A DNA stretch of 64,000 bases from Fimbriosthenelais zetlandica (GCA_977030845.1 OZ365114.1:12586001-12650000), one strand, 5' to 3'. Counted from the stretch's first letter, positions 1-14,521 are shown. Translations and numbers: made by a program. The notes: generated by a model not told the origin, from the sequence alone.

Positions 1-3000
1 CTGATACGTAGTTTTTTTTAAAAGATTTTTAAAGGATTGCAATTAGGGGGCCTAGGCAATACTGCCAGTATTTGCATCCCAGAGCTACGCATTTTGAGCA
101 GCTGGCAACTTTGCAACACACAACCTTTGGTGGAACGAAAAAAAAAAGAAGAAATGTCATAATAATATATTTGCCCTGACTTGACGACCTCTGGATGTCA
201 ACACGACATCATAGATCGTACCCAGACCAGTCATGTCCTCCTGGCGGATTCTACCAGCACTAACCACATCCTGACATGCGCAGTTCTCGCAGGCGGCCAT
301 CTTTGATCTCTAGACGGCGCGTCTCCGGGGACGTCACTAAGACTACTGGCAGGTCGTCAAACACATTTAATATTGATTGGCTGAGTGCCAGAACGAGGCG
401 ACCAATGACAGGGGAACATCCCATGAGGACTGAACCCGAGACCAGAAGGAAGTGAGGGAAAAGGAGGAGGGGGGGGGGGGGGGGGGGCAGTCCTGAGATA
501 GACATTCAAGTCTCGGACAACCGTGTGATTTAGTCTGGATGTTTCACACAAAATACAAGACCAATATTGACAAATTATTTTTAAAAAATTGTCAGTAATA
601 CCTAAGCAAGGCATAAAGAAAATGTCAAAACTTGTTTTGCCCTTGGGAAGTCCATTGGAAACAATATTTGCAATTTTCTCAGTATTCTCCAATCGAGCCC
701 AGTTTTGATTACAAATATGGACAACTTCTTTCTCAGATAATGACCCAAGAAAATGGCTCCGGAAGAGAACAACAAATGAAAGTACTGGTAATCATTCTTT
801 GTAATGCTCCTCAAAATAAGTTAAAATGGCCACGAAAACGGCGAACCCTAAATGATGGCATCAATCATTTCAAATGACTCAAAGAGGGGTTTGATGTGAA
901 GGGACAAGGAGCCACTTGTGGACTCAATTCAAACGCAAAGGGCATGAGATGGCTCTGGACAAGGCGATGACATTTGCTGAACAGTGTAAATTAATGGGGT
1001 GAACAGATATTAAATATCGGTTTCCCTAAGCAAAGTAATGTACTGTATACAGTTGCATTTAACCGGGTGAACAGGTCACCCTCTTCAATTACAGCTTGGT
1101 CTTTTCCAGATTTCTTTGGGTTTAAGAATCACCAAAGTAAACATTTTTTGATAAGTTATATTATATATTCCGAGATATTAAGAGATTAAAACAATTGCAA
1201 CCACTTTTCAACACAATTGAACTTTTGTATTGAATGACCAGTGGATCATTTGACCAAATGGTCATTTAGTATACAGTAATGTGACTGAAGCATTTGGTCC
1301 TTCTATTGCAACATTCTGCAGTAGTTTCTACAAAGATTTAACAGAAAGAAAGTTTTTCTCACACCTCCCATGCATGCATCAAAGGCATAGCGGAGTTGAG
1401 AACATATGGTTGGGATCCCATTGGGATCTCGATTCATCTGAACCTGTCACGAAGTTAGAATCTACACCTTGACCCCTGCACGACCTGAAACTCCATAAAC
1501 ATGGCAGGCATATAGAGTTGCTGGGAAAAACCAGGGAGAGAGAGGGAGAAGATGGGAGAGAGAGGGAGAGAGAAGGTGGTATAGTGTTTAGTGTTAGGAG
1601 AGGGACCACCAATGAAGTACGGTTGGGACAATCACGTTTTGTTCGCCTATGCATGGTTTTGAGAATTTGTTAAGGTTTCCCACAGCTTGAGAAACGCATA
1701 GAATTTGAAGCTAAGAGGGTTAATTAATCTAAGTTAAGGCCTGTCTGCCTTGATCCTAGTGCACATAATAATTGATTCACTAGTATCATTCTGAACTAAA
1801 ATTCGGGTTTTGAACACATGCCTTTAAGGTATATTAGGTCATATTTTAGGTCATCACTATGGCATGGAAATTACACTCATCTGAAAAAACACACACAGAA
1901 TTGCCTATAGGCCTAGAGATAATTTACTCGACAGATTTTGCATAAGGGATCGCGCATTAACCCAGATCCCCACTTGATTAACTCAGTAATACGCACTCTA
2001 TAATCAACTTCTCATCTTGTACCCAACTTGATGACTTACACCCGAGTTATAGTCCACTTCAATGAAGTTTACAAATGGAATTTAATAAGGTTACGTTGCA
2101 TTTAATGTGTCACATATGGTGTATATGGAATGGTCGATTATTGCGGTTATGTCAGAATACAAATGCCTCAGCAAATATTATGAACATGATTTGCCACTTC
2201 ATACGAATTCTGAACACTTTCAAAAAAAGAAGTCCTGAACAAAATGTGACTGGCAATGCAAAATGCAATCAGTGGAACATATCCATTGCACAACCAAAAG
2301 TCATCCATTGCTTTTGAATAGATATAAGACGACGGTTGTGCAATGAACCGAATGGTACAACAGTACCTGAGCAAAATCTGCAACCGCGATAGAGAAAGAC
2401 TATAATAGTAATTTTTAGGGATCTTTGCTTAGATAGAGGTATCTAAATGGGTCATCGGTTGAGTAGCTCACTTCATAGGCAGCTAAGTTATCAATGTTTC
2501 ACCAATAAGGCATGAATAATCATTCACTGGATGAGCAGCAGTGAGCAGATCAATAAAGAGACTAGCTCAGAGCTAGCGGCAAGCACAACTTGTGAATGTC
2601 AATAACATGACTCTTTTATATCATATGTGGACTTTCTGCAAACATCAACTGTTGGATCTGAGTGGGATGAGTCCGTAAATTAGAGGGTATAGAGTGTTGG
2701 ACTTGAATGTGCGGGGTTCTGGGTTCAGATACCCATGCAAGGATACTCCAAATTTGTAATTCTTTGATGCCTTGAGCACTGCAATAGATTTAAGTTTTGC
2801 AATTGTGTTGTGGCCAGCCGCAGCAGAATATATATGACTAGGTCTTCATATAGGCCTACTCAGAAACAACTGCAACGTGCAAGACCTGGAAGTGCCCAGT
2901 AAACAATGGCATTGATATTGCCGCTAGAAGCAACTGTATAGTGGAAGTGCTGAATCGGAAGTGCCGTATCAGCAAATGAAAGTCAGCAGTGCTTGCAAGA

Positions 3001-3509
3001 CAAAATCTGGTAGTCTGTTGTCACATGTATGGTTTGGAGTAACTAAGGGTTCCTGAGTTTGGTAACAAATAACTTTCTTTGTCAATAAAGTTGCAGACTG
3101 TAGGGAATTGGAATGACAAGAAGGAAAAGGGAATAGACAGACGGAAAAGAGGGAAAACAGTGACAAGGTGGGAGAACCAAAAGGGCACTTAGGTGGCGGG
3201 TGGGGATAGAAATTTACATAGAAATGGAGTGTTCTGCTTTTGACCTTTCAGTTCACACACATTGTGGGGGTGCCTGTATTGTGTTGTGAGCTATTGACCA
3301 GACGACAGAGGGTCTGGATGCGACGGTCAGCGTGGGGGATGAATATTTCAGATGTCCTTGCTGCCCCCCGCCCCTCCCCCGCCCCTCCCAACCACACACA
3401 CTGAGACCACCGGGAGCGAAGTCTCGTCCTGACCTCGCCCAGGCGAGATCTCATTTGGTTGAGAGACTGACGTTAGTGATGGATAGGTTGGACAGCGGGG
3501 GAATAGTAG

Positions 3510-3740
3510 TGAAAGGCTCGAGGGAAGAGGGAAGGAAGGGAGGAAGGGAGAGAAGGAGTGAATGAGGAAGGAAAGGATGATATGGATGAAGGAAGGATGG
3601 ATGGGAGGAAGGATGGTTGAAAGGAACAAAGGAAGGATGAAAAGAAGGAAGGAAGGAAGGTAGGATGGATGGAAGGAACGTAGGAAGGACGGAAGCAAGC
3701 AAGGAAGGAATGAACGAAGGAAGGAAGGCAAACGAAACGA
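3510..3740. repeat. Degenerate (GGAA/GGAT)n polypurine microsatellite
   Basis: Seen directly; generates spurious ORFs 3348..3731 and 3451..3702. Confidence 0.9.
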
Positions 3741-4722
3741 AAAAAGCAGCTAGCTCTGATGAAATAGAGAATCAGGTTGGAACCGGAAGTAGCTGAGAAT
3801 GATTAAGGTAGTATTTCACGTGGAGGCAGGAAGACGGATGATGGCCGCACTCAGACTTGACCCATGGTCAGTAAAGGTGAACTGTCCACTCTAACTGGTC
3901 AGCTCATATTTTAAATCTCCTTCTAAAGACCAGAGACAGGAGCGCCACCTGGGAGAAACAAGACCGGCCGTGGATGTATGGCTTCTCATCTGATTGACTG
4001 TAGGTAAAGGTGAGCGGTAAAATGACTGCTAATAGACTGGGTAATGAGAGAGATCTACATAAACTCCTAGCTGCTCTGAATGCGGAATCAAATATACAAA
4101 GGTCAATTGCATATAGCCACAGGTGGAAAATGTCCAAGTACATGTAGGCTATGTTCAAGAGCATCATTTTAGTGTTTTAAAATATTTAAATTTTCTACAC
4201 AAAATCAATTGTATACTATGTGTCATATCAGTCTAAGAATTAAGTATGCATAAGGTGAAAATGTGCTGCGCCAAATTCCATTAGAATACTTTTGAAATCC
4301 GCAAATTTGCAAATAATTTAAGCCTACATGTTGCAGATATTCTTTCATGTGAAAAAATTAATATTAAATCGTTCCTTTGGATATTTTAGTCAAGTTTCCT
4401 TCACATATTCGATGGCGGAACATATATAAGAGAATACTTTCAGCAGAGCCCACTTGGAAACTTGTTGGCAACTTGGCAACAACAGCAACCACCATTTGCC
4501 ACCCAGGGCTTGAGTTGCATAGACTATCTGTTTAACCAGGTACCCTGTCTCACCCCACACCCTGGTCCCATGTTTGTCTGTAAGCAGGTGCCATGTTTTC
4601 AGTCAACGTGTTCCCTGTTGCTCCATAACACTTTCATGGCTCAGGTTTTATAGGTGGTGGCCTGATGGGAAAGCTAAGTGTTATATAAACCTATAGACTC
4701 GCTATAGAGACTCCTGGCTTAA

Positions 4723-4914
4723 AGCGGCTCTATCACTCTTATTGGTGTAGCTCCACTGATTTTTCTGCATTGAAAGTGTTGCGGTTAGCCCTTGCGGCGG
4801 ACTTTTCTCGTGGTTGCTCCTTGTTCTTTCCAGCCTTGCTGCAGTTTTTTTTTACAATGGCATAGATTAACTTGTGTAACGCTCTACAAAGAAAAGATCA
4901 GTGATAGAATCGCT
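4723..4914. mobile_element. Kolobok-like MITE (192 bp)
   Basis: TTAA|AGCGGCTCTATCAC ... GTGATAGAATCGCT|TTAA: imperfect TIRs starting AG, TTAA on both sides. Confidence 0.8.
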
Positions 4915-6156
4915 TTAAGGCAATGCCTTTAAATGTTTTCACTGTTTGCCCTCACCCTATCCCAGCCCCACACTCGTCTCTCATATACACATGACTATAC
5001 CTGCCTCGCAACATCCACGGTTTGTCTGGGAAGCTGTAGGCGAAATATTTAGTTACCTTTTAAATATTTAGATCTTCCTAAATCTCTGGGTAATGCATGG
5101 TAATGTAAGGCAAATATAGGCGATGCCTTAACACTTCAACAATTTAATGTTAGGAATTTAAAGAATGTGAGCAATAAGTATAGGATAATTTTGCCTCATA
5201 TTCTATATTACAAAAAAAGAAAAACAATTTCCTGCTTTAATTTGGGGAAATTATTAGGAGCAAAATACTTTTCTCAGAAAAAGGGCATCAGTATTTTTTA
5301 TTAAATGAGATCACTCGATGGAGTTCCAGGTCGAGTGCATAATACAAAGCCTGCGGAAAAAGAGGACTAGCTGAGTCTTTTTTTCTTCTTCAGATCACTT
5401 TGAGTTCTTTCTACCTAATCGGGTTCCCTTTAGCAAAAAACTGAAGGAGGCTTTTAGGGTGTCTATACCGGTAGCAAATAACTATTCATGAAAAAGGTCT
5501 GAAACAAGTCCCCGGTCTCCATGTCGGCTAAAAAGGCTATGATTATTCATGGAAGAAATGCTAGTTCTCTCTCCCTCTATATCCTATTTATTTCCTCTTT
5601 GTCTCTCCCATGCACACACACTCACTCTCTCTCATGCAATCTCTCTCCCACCCCCACTGTCTCTTTCTCTTGTTTTCTTTCGTACTTCTATCTTTCTCTT
5701 TCTTTCTTCCCTTTTCTGTTTCGCTTTCTCCCTCCGTATCTCATTCCCTCTCTCTGACATCCGATAGCACCGGCAATCTTTCAAATATATTTTTCAAATT
5801 CATTTAAGCGTACATCGAAGAGATTGGCATCTCTTGAGAACTGGGAAAATATAGATCCGACAGTTCCGTCCTTGGTACTAGCCATTTCCTGTCGGGGACG
5901 ATATTACTACTCGTGAATGTGGGCGGGATCTTCCGGAATGGCCTTAGACAGGCAGCAAGCGTTGGTTTTGGGCTGTCAGACTGAGAGGGAGATATAGGGG
6001 AAATGTAAATAAAAATGGACTCAGCAGAGGCTCAGAGGGATTGACCACGTAAGGACTGACCGCTCAGGGGAAATGTACATCATTCGGACAATTGATCGCC
6101 TGGCTGAAAACAAGACTGGATGTCTACTAGAGAGATGCTCTAAACTCAGTCAGGCC

Positions 6157-6157
6157 T

Positions 6158-6205
<48 letters not shown>

Positions 6206-6378
6206 GGGGGGGGGAGAGAGAGAGAGAGATAGACAGAGAGAGGAAGAGATAGCCTAGGCCTACTCAGAGAAAAAGAGAGAGACGGGAGAGAGGGGTAGGG
6301 GGTAGGGAGAGGTCACTTATGCAGACAGATTGAGAGAGAAGGGGGAGGGAAAGGGAAAGAGAGAGAGAGAGAGAGAAA
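6157..6378. repeat. (GA)n microsatellite with an embedded long poly-G run
   Basis: Seen directly. Confidence 0.9.
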
Positions 6379-9300
6379 AGTATGGATCAGAAAGCATGCA
6401 TCTATTTGCTAATTAGGTTCAGTGTCAGAAATCCATTGCAGAAATCTCTTGCCGAGTCTAAACAGCAAATTCCCTGGCATGCGGCCCCCTTCCTCACCCC
6501 CTACTGAGTGGCTTCTAAAGCATTGCACTTCCGGTCGAACATATCCCAGGGTTCATCTGGATTCAGGATAAATCCAAGAGCGGGCAGTAGATGGCAGTTC
6601 AATCTGCCAGTCAATATGCACGACCATGTTGTTTTAACCCCCCACAGAACTTCCCCTCGACACCCTACCCCTCCAACCCCGACCACCACAACCATCCCAC
6701 ACCCTTCATACAACCTCTCCAGTCAATACCCGTATGAGAATGTATAGCCCTGGTAGCAAGGTCATGTGACAAAAGGGTCACATGAGTGACAGTTCCCATT
6801 ATCGCCCAATATAAGAAGCCATTGTTCTATCATGGGAGAAGACGGAGATGTGCTGAAGAGAGGGGGCCAGCCAGCCCGGTTATGATGGCTTATTGGGCCT
6901 CAGGATGTCAGCATAGAAGTATCATTTTTCATATTGAAGAACATGGAACTTTCAATATCGATCATACTTCATCTGAACTACTTTACAATCTAGGTTCATA
7001 GTTCACAGGATGAAATGGAAAGCGACATTATGTCTGTGTACGAATTTAGAATTAATATACAAGAAAAATGCACTTATCGAGTAAGGATTTGAAAATAAGA
7101 GTAGCTGGCTCCAGCCAAATTGTTCTGCTTCTCAGATCACCATGCTTTGACAAAATTGCAGAATTGATACAGACGCAGCATCAAATGAATGAAATGAAAC
7201 TCTCCTATTCTTTTCTTCTCTCTCTCCCTCCCCCTCCCCCCCCCCCCCTCTCTCTCTCTCGCCTTCTCTCTCCACATTCTTTCCACTCTCGCATCTTACC
7301 TCTCTCGCAGCATGTGTCCTCAGGCTTCAAGCTGCCTTCTTCTGTAATAAGAAGTCCCAGTTTCGAAGTGATCACATTTTTCCGCCCACTCTGAGTCTCT
7401 CAAAGTCTCTTGGTGTTTGACCTACTTTGAGTTGATCATGCTGACCCAGTTTTTTGACAATCAATCAAACACATTATCAAGTTAAGTGATAGCGATCTGG
7501 GCCAGCCGGCCCCTATTGATCACCTATCGATTTCTAGTGCATCCCCCATGGGGCAGAGCCACAAGGGGCCCTCGACACTACCTCACCATCCTCAATCCCC
7601 TCTCACCATCTAATGCCAAACACCACAATCCTCATTCACTAATCCATAGGCAAACTGGGTTTCAACATCGAATGAATGGCATTAAAAAGCCACAGAGGGA
7701 TTCAAGTCAAAAACTGGTTTAACTGAGGGTATTGCATAACTCCGCAAGCACTTGCAAATTTTTTCGCTTGAAAGTCAGAATGTGTGCATGTGACTAAGCA
7801 ATTGGAAGTGCCCGTAATGACAAACGTTTTTTTACAACTTATGATATCTTTCTTCTTTTCAAACTTCTATATTTCTCTAAGAGGCAGGGCTCGGGATGGT
7901 GGTGCACAGACGCCAAATTATCCCTCTTGGCTTGGGCCGTTTAGAAATGTCTACCCCTAAGCAGATGAGCGAAGTGGACCACAAAATAAATATCTATCAG
8001 TTTTACGCTTGTAATGTAATGGTGTAAAGTAATCACACTTTGTCTGCTCACTCAGATTTCCTCGTGCCGAGAAAGGTAATTTCAATTTCTGTGAAAAATG
8101 TACAAGGGCAGATTCCATTTGGCAGGATTGCGACTGCTTTGGCTTTCTTGTAACAAATGTGTGTAAAAAGAGGAAAAGAAAAGAAACCAAGTCGTTTAGG
8201 TGGCTAGACTACTTGAGATGTGACTCTACCGATTTCTTTCACAATAAAAGTCCACCTTTTGCTGCCCTAGTGGCCATGAAGGCCCATTCCAAATCCCACC
8301 ATGTGATCCTATCAGGCAACCAATCACAACGATCGTTTCATCTGGTGTCGGTCCCGGGGAGGCCGATTGGAAGGCGATCTCTGATTGGTCACAGTTGAAA
8401 GTAGGAGAGGGGAGCAGCCTTTCTGATTGGATGATGTGATCAAAGACAAGGCTGAACAAGTCTCGCAGAGTCTCGTGGGTCACGAGAACCGGGGAGATTT
8501 GAAGAGTTGTGAGAATTGGGCCGACGATAGGGGGTTGGGGAGTGGTGTCCAGGCCTGTGATTTGAAAGCGAGGGTGAGGGGAGATGGGATCTTGGTTTCT
8601 ATGGTTTCTGGAAATAACATCTCATAAAAGCAAAGCCAGACAACCAGGTTTTGATGCATAGCTAAAAGAAAGCACCAACTTTGGGGACATAGGCTATATA
8701 TTCATTTCATATGCATTCTTACAAGATTCTGCAAGCTGTTTAAGTGCTAGAAAATTGGTTTTGCGAGTGCTCTTAGGATTATGCAATGATCCCAATATGG
8801 CAAAGTAATTAAACTAAAAATAATAATATATAGTAAAAATTGGCTTCATAATGGACCTCAGTGGCTAATCTGACACGGCCATAGGCAAGATCTTTCCTTT
8901 GGCTCCTTCAATCAACATTACCAAGCTATCATCTGTACAACAAATGTCTTGACTGTAGGCACAAGTGTTTGAGCATATAAAACACAAGATGAGAAGTGAT
9001 GCAGTGAACAGACACCTGCCTTGGACAGCTCATTCTGAACAGCCCACCTTGTGATCCTAGGATAGCCCTGAATGAGCTGATGCTCTAACCACCTGTGTAA
9101 ACGCCTTACTGTTCTACTGTTTTCATTAATTCATTTTCAGCTAGTTTATTCTCAGTTTCCATAGCTCTAGGTTGTAGTTATGGGGTGGATCCACTGGATT
9201 TTCTGCCACATCTGCGCAAGTGTAACTGCACTAGTAGGGACTTGCGATTTGCGCGGGGTGCCTATTTGATGTGATGTTGCAGATATGACAGTTGAGGCCA

Positions 9301-10719
9301 TAGAAATGTCAGACCAGTTCTTCAGCTTGCAGAAAGAATTCCAAAAATATTTTCGGACTTCCAAGTGGGAAGCTTGTAGAATCTGGCGAAAAATTTATAG
9401 GAAAGGGATTATATGCACACCAGTTTAAACATGTTGGTGGAATATCAGTACTTGCGAGTGTTCCCGTGATTATGCAACAACCTGCGACCCAGAAGCCACG
9501 AGCCAAACTTCACCATGATAACCATCTCCACCAAGATCATAGGACACCATCCATAAACAAAATCCTTGTCTTGTTATCTTTCAAAATTTGGCTTAGTGGA
9601 GAGACTACATCATGATTCACCATTTATCAACCTCCTTCCCATCCAGCCCCCCACCTCTTGCTCATTCCTTCTCTCCTTCTTTTTCATCTGCCTCATCATC
9701 TCGTGCCATCATTTTATTTCGCCCCCTGTGCTGCTGTCTTGTCCACAGCTTCATCCGGGATGAGGAATGGGTCTCGTTTATCACTCACCACCACCCCGTC
9801 CATTAGCTCCCTGAATCACAGCCACCTCTTATTTATCAGCCTACCTGTTTGCTAATGTTGCTTGAATAATGGTCTCCATACATCAGTGAGACCTGTAGGG
9901 GTTATAGATAGATAGGGCAATGACTTTCCCAGAGGAGGACTATATGTTATATTATTACCCCCTCCCATCCCACCCCTGTATCAGCCCACCCCACCCCACC
10001 CTCAATATCAACACATAAAAGTGATGGTCAGGCTATATGCAAAGGTAAATGATACACTTTCTAATTCTTAAAGCGGCCCTATCACCGCAGTTGCCACGGA
10101 CCATGTTCTCTCCTTGTCAACATGGGCTTTCACTGTTTCTTGCAGTTGCTGTGAAGTAGGCCTATTAGAATTTGAAGCTGACCTTCCGGCCTATTCACTA
10201 GAACTATGTACAATGTATATTTAATAGCATAAGAGCATTTTCTCCCTTTTCTATTTCATCCTGAGGACATTACATATAGGATGGTCATTTCAGTTGCAGC
10301 CATGACAGGCCATTCCTACACAGTTATGGCTCCCGAAGGTCATAGGAATGAAACACACTAATCCGAGTGGGCCACTCGATCATCTTTCAAGTTTTTTTTA
10401 ACATAATCTCTCGTAATTCTCCGGACCTTTAAAGAGATTTTCTGAAAAGCAATTCTCCTGGGGGATTGATGGCTTTAGGGGAAAAAGCACGAGTAAATAT
10501 TTGATCTCTGAAGAAAGGGAATGGCAACGCGGAACCCCGACACGATCGGGGAACTGAGATCCAGATAAGATCCAATTATCTCTGTTCTAATCTTTCCACC
10601 ACTTAAAAGCTTGACCAGAAAAAGGCGGGAAAGCGATCCCACAAGCGAAAGACTTTCCTCCCTCAAATCGCTTGTCGATTGCCTAGCTACAGGGATTACA
10701 TTCCCTCAAACAGGGCTGG

Positions 10720-10810
10720 GTCGCCATGGAAACCACATGATCCTAACAAGTCGCCACCTGGTGTCATTGTTTGTCAAGAGCATGTCGCTCACTGTAAGAA
10801 GATGACGTCA
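10720..10810. promoter_or_regulatory. Canonical X-box plus full CRE
   Basis: GTCGCCATGGAAAC (10720-10733) fits GTHNYYATRRNAAC exactly; TGACGTCA at 10803-10810. Confidence 0.5.
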
Positions 10811-12387
10811 TATAGCATCACGGTGGCGTGGTAGTTTCTTTTCTTAAAGGGAGGCATGAAATACAAAGTCATAAGCCCATTGATGCAATGTACAATGTCT
10901 TCTTTTTTTCCTTCTGTCACTTTTTAAAGTAAAACTTTTAAATTTCTTTTTCATTTTGGGAAAATTAATGTTACTCATCAATGCGGAGATTTGCAGGTAA
11001 GATGGAAAATGACATTCACAAAAGACAGTTCTTGAGCTGAAATCCAGACGCAGTAATCATGGATATTATTGTTATTCAATTCATGGAAAGAACATGTATA
11101 CGTGTATTGTGAAAGCCAAAAACAGAATATCCGGTGGAGAAATATAAAATGTCTAGACGCAAAGTCTGCACTCGCAGCAGTGGTCTGCTTTTTCAAAAAA
11201 GAAGTATTGTATTATGAGTTGAAAAAGAGTACATATCGCATGACTACGAGCACTCGGATGGAGATCTATCGATTACAAAATAGTGAAAGAAATGTTCCAT
11301 GACATACATTTAATACGGAAAAAGCTTATTCCAACGGGGACGTTCTTCAGTTTGCGAATCAATATTGGATCAAGAAGCTGATAATTCTAAAGCCACAGGA
11401 AATGTATTCACCAAGGCTCCTCTCATTTTTGTTTCATATTGCGTCGTAACAATGCAGTTCAATCTTTGCTCTTTTAATCCCCACAAAGGATTTCTTCGAT
11501 GGTTTTCTACAACTTCCCCTCTTGATTCCTAATTCCAAGCCAAACTCCACCTTTACCTCCATGCCTATAAATAATTAACCGCCATCCATCTTTCCAATTA
11601 ACTCACTCAGACATTTCCTTCTCTCGACCACTTACCCTTCAAATGATCTTCCCTTGTGCCCTGCATCCTTCCCTCCAAACTAGTTCCCTTCTCACTCGCC
11701 ATTCAGGCTTACCTCCCTCTCCAACTTCTTCCTCTCCCTCACTAACTCGCCCAGCCTCCCTCCCACTCAAATTCTTCCCTGCTCCACCTCCATCCCAAAC
11801 TCTTCCCAAACAACTCCCACTCTGCCATTGAAACTGACGATATTGTGAAGGCCGTGTCATCAGCCACCCCCTCATTCCCCACCTCGTTCTCACTCACTTG
11901 TTCTTTTCATCAATTCATTCATTCATTGCTTAAAACCCGTCTTTGTTCCTCTCTGATGCAGGGAACAAACATGATTTTCTCTCTCACGGAAGCAACTGTT
12001 TCTTTCTCAAGCGAAAAAGGCCATTTGTGCAACAGTTAAATTCACTCCATTCTCCCCGTATCAAAAATAATTTGCCACGGCATTTTCTCTTCAAGACTTC
12101 TCTTTCGCTGTTTTTGAGGCCGTTATTCTTTTTCGGGGAGATTAAATGACTGAGAGACGGATATGTCGAGGGATGATGAAAAGTATTCTCAAAGAAAAGG
12201 GCAATACATCTCCTTCTTGTCAAACTACATGGAAGAGAAATGGCAAAATTTTAGTTTTCTTTAGTTTGGCTTAGTTTTCCCTCAGCAATAACTTCTTAAA
12301 TTTTAAAGGTTTCTCAGGAGGTAAGATGTAATCGAGGTTTCGATCATGTTTGCAATTAAATACATAACATATTCCTCCTGAATAAAT

Positions 12388-12944
12388 TGTGATGTATGTG
12401 GGTAACAGAATAAGATGATTCCAATGTGAAGTATATCGTAGTTTAATGTAGCTCTTATGATGTGTACAGTACGGTGTGTAAGATGAAGATGAGATGATGG
12501 AGAACTAGATGTTACTATGACGAAACTGAGATGAGAGTGAGATACTGAGATACCTGACAGAGGTGTACAGGACCTTATATAGTGGAGCTGGTGATAGAGG
12601 GGGAGCATGGCATCCCAACCCCTATCACTTACAATAGGTAACATAAACAATGCTATGATGCTAATTCCTTAGATCTATGCCATGCTGGCTTCAGGTGTGT
12701 GGATTACCACCAGCATGGCATGTCTGTGAAGCAGGGAAGACATACCTTAATAATTGTTATATAAACATAGAGTGGGGAAGCTAGGAAAACATAGACAGGT
12801 AGATTAATAAACATTACTGAATATGGCGACATGGATTATGATTGAAGGAAGACATAGTGATATTATAACATGCTACAAAGAGATAATTATTAAACCTAGA
12901 ATGACCATAGGGGAAGGTATAAACTGTGACACTTATCCGTGACA
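12388..12944 (-). repeat. 3' LTR (557 bp)
   Basis: Identical by eye to 15971-16527; minus-strand TATATAA at 12575-12581 and ATTAAA at 12442-12447. Confidence 0.95.
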
Positions 12945-14521
12945 TAATATCCCTGGAGGAATTAAAATTCACGACCTCCGATGGCGTGAAAATAGAAAGT
13001 AAGACTCTAAGTAATACATCGAGATGTTCCATTAAATGGATATAATAGTACAATGACCATTATAATTATGAATTTTCCCCGATTTTTTTGTTTGTTAAAG
13101 ATTTTTTGTGGGGAACGCCTAGGCTATTGCCCTGAAACATATATACAACGTATGTACATAGATTATCAATATGTACAAGAATAAGAAAAAGAGTTTATAC
13201 ACAAAACATATATGAAAGATAAGAATTGATTGATGCAGAAGAGATTAAAAATATGAGAGAACATGCATACAATGTAATATATGAATACTAGGATGAACAG
13301 ATCTCTTTTGAATGGGTGGTAAATGAGGCGCAAATTAGCCTTTGAAAATAATTTTAGGGTAAAGAATCAATTATATCAATGCAGGTTTGTAAGGGGAAAG
13401 TGGAATAGGAATATTTGAAATGGATTGAGTTTGAAGTGGAATATGTAGTATAGCAATAGTTCGAGAATGAAGTGGAATAAGTTGAATAGTAATAGGTTGA
13501 GAACGAAGTTGAATATAAGAGATATACATCGTAAATAGAATCACACTCAATCAACTGAATAAAATGATGAGAAATCCAAAGTCAGGCTAAAAATAGACCT
13601 GAATGAAAATTGGATATATTTGAAATGAGGATATGAATTGAATTGAATTGAGTTGAATGAAGTTGAAGTAAACCTTTACCATAAGGTTATGGCACCGTTC
13701 TCAAGCAGATCAGTATGCATAATAAGGTCTCTGGAGGTCAGTAGAAAAGCTGCCATACTTAGCAGAGCCTTTTAGAAAAACTACATACTGCTGGACAGTG
13801 CTCATTACCAGCAAAGGGGTAAAAAAAAAAATCATAAAACTGAGGGATGCCTTATTATGAAGGACATACACACTCGAATAATAGGGTAACAACCCACATA
13901 AGAGCCTGAAAAAGGCTTGAGAATAATTGAGGTGAATGATGGAACGAATTGATACACACTCAAATAATAGGGTAAAACCCACATAAGAGCCTAAAAATGG
14001 CTTGAGAATAAACGAAGCGAATAAGAAGTGAATGATTGAACGAATGAATGATTGAACATATGAATGAATGAATTGAATTGAGTGGAAACATTTACGTGCA
14101 AAAATGAAAGCATAGCTTCAGACAAAACTTGAAAATGCGCGCTTGTCGCGCTGGGCAGTGAAAGGGTAGCTAATCATTTCACTTAAGCCCAGTGCGTCAT
14201 GCTGCATGCAGGTGACATTCACGCCTATAGCCACCTGTCAGCTTTAAGTCTGAGTGATGAGACGAGAAAAATAAGAATGGATAATTAGTAGATAGAGCAA
14301 AAGTAGAAAAATTATACCTGCAGAAGTGAATTGTGGGAAGAAAATAATAATGAGATTTGGATAATGAAAACCTTTGAATTTTGACAAGATAATAAAGGGA
14401 GAAAAATGATAGACACCCATTGAAAATAGAGATAAATTCATACCTGAAAGATCATCTAAATCATGTACCAGTAACAATAAGCTTAAAATGCAATTGAAGA
14501 TCTGAAGTCCGTTGAATGTCT

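Noticed and set aside
3332-3731. Numerous 60-200-aa ORFs rich in L/S/F/P or E/R/G (also 5521-5807, 21789-22317, 32297-32896, 33171-33429, 37519-37898)
   Set aside because: Generated by purine/pyrimidine microsatellites that lack stop codons.
9280-9430. Plus-strand coding-looking stretch (MTVEAIEMSDQFFSLQKEFQKYFRTSKWEACRIWRKIYRKG)
   Set aside because: Short, closed by a stop, not recognised and not linkable to other exons; kept only as a tblastn candidate.
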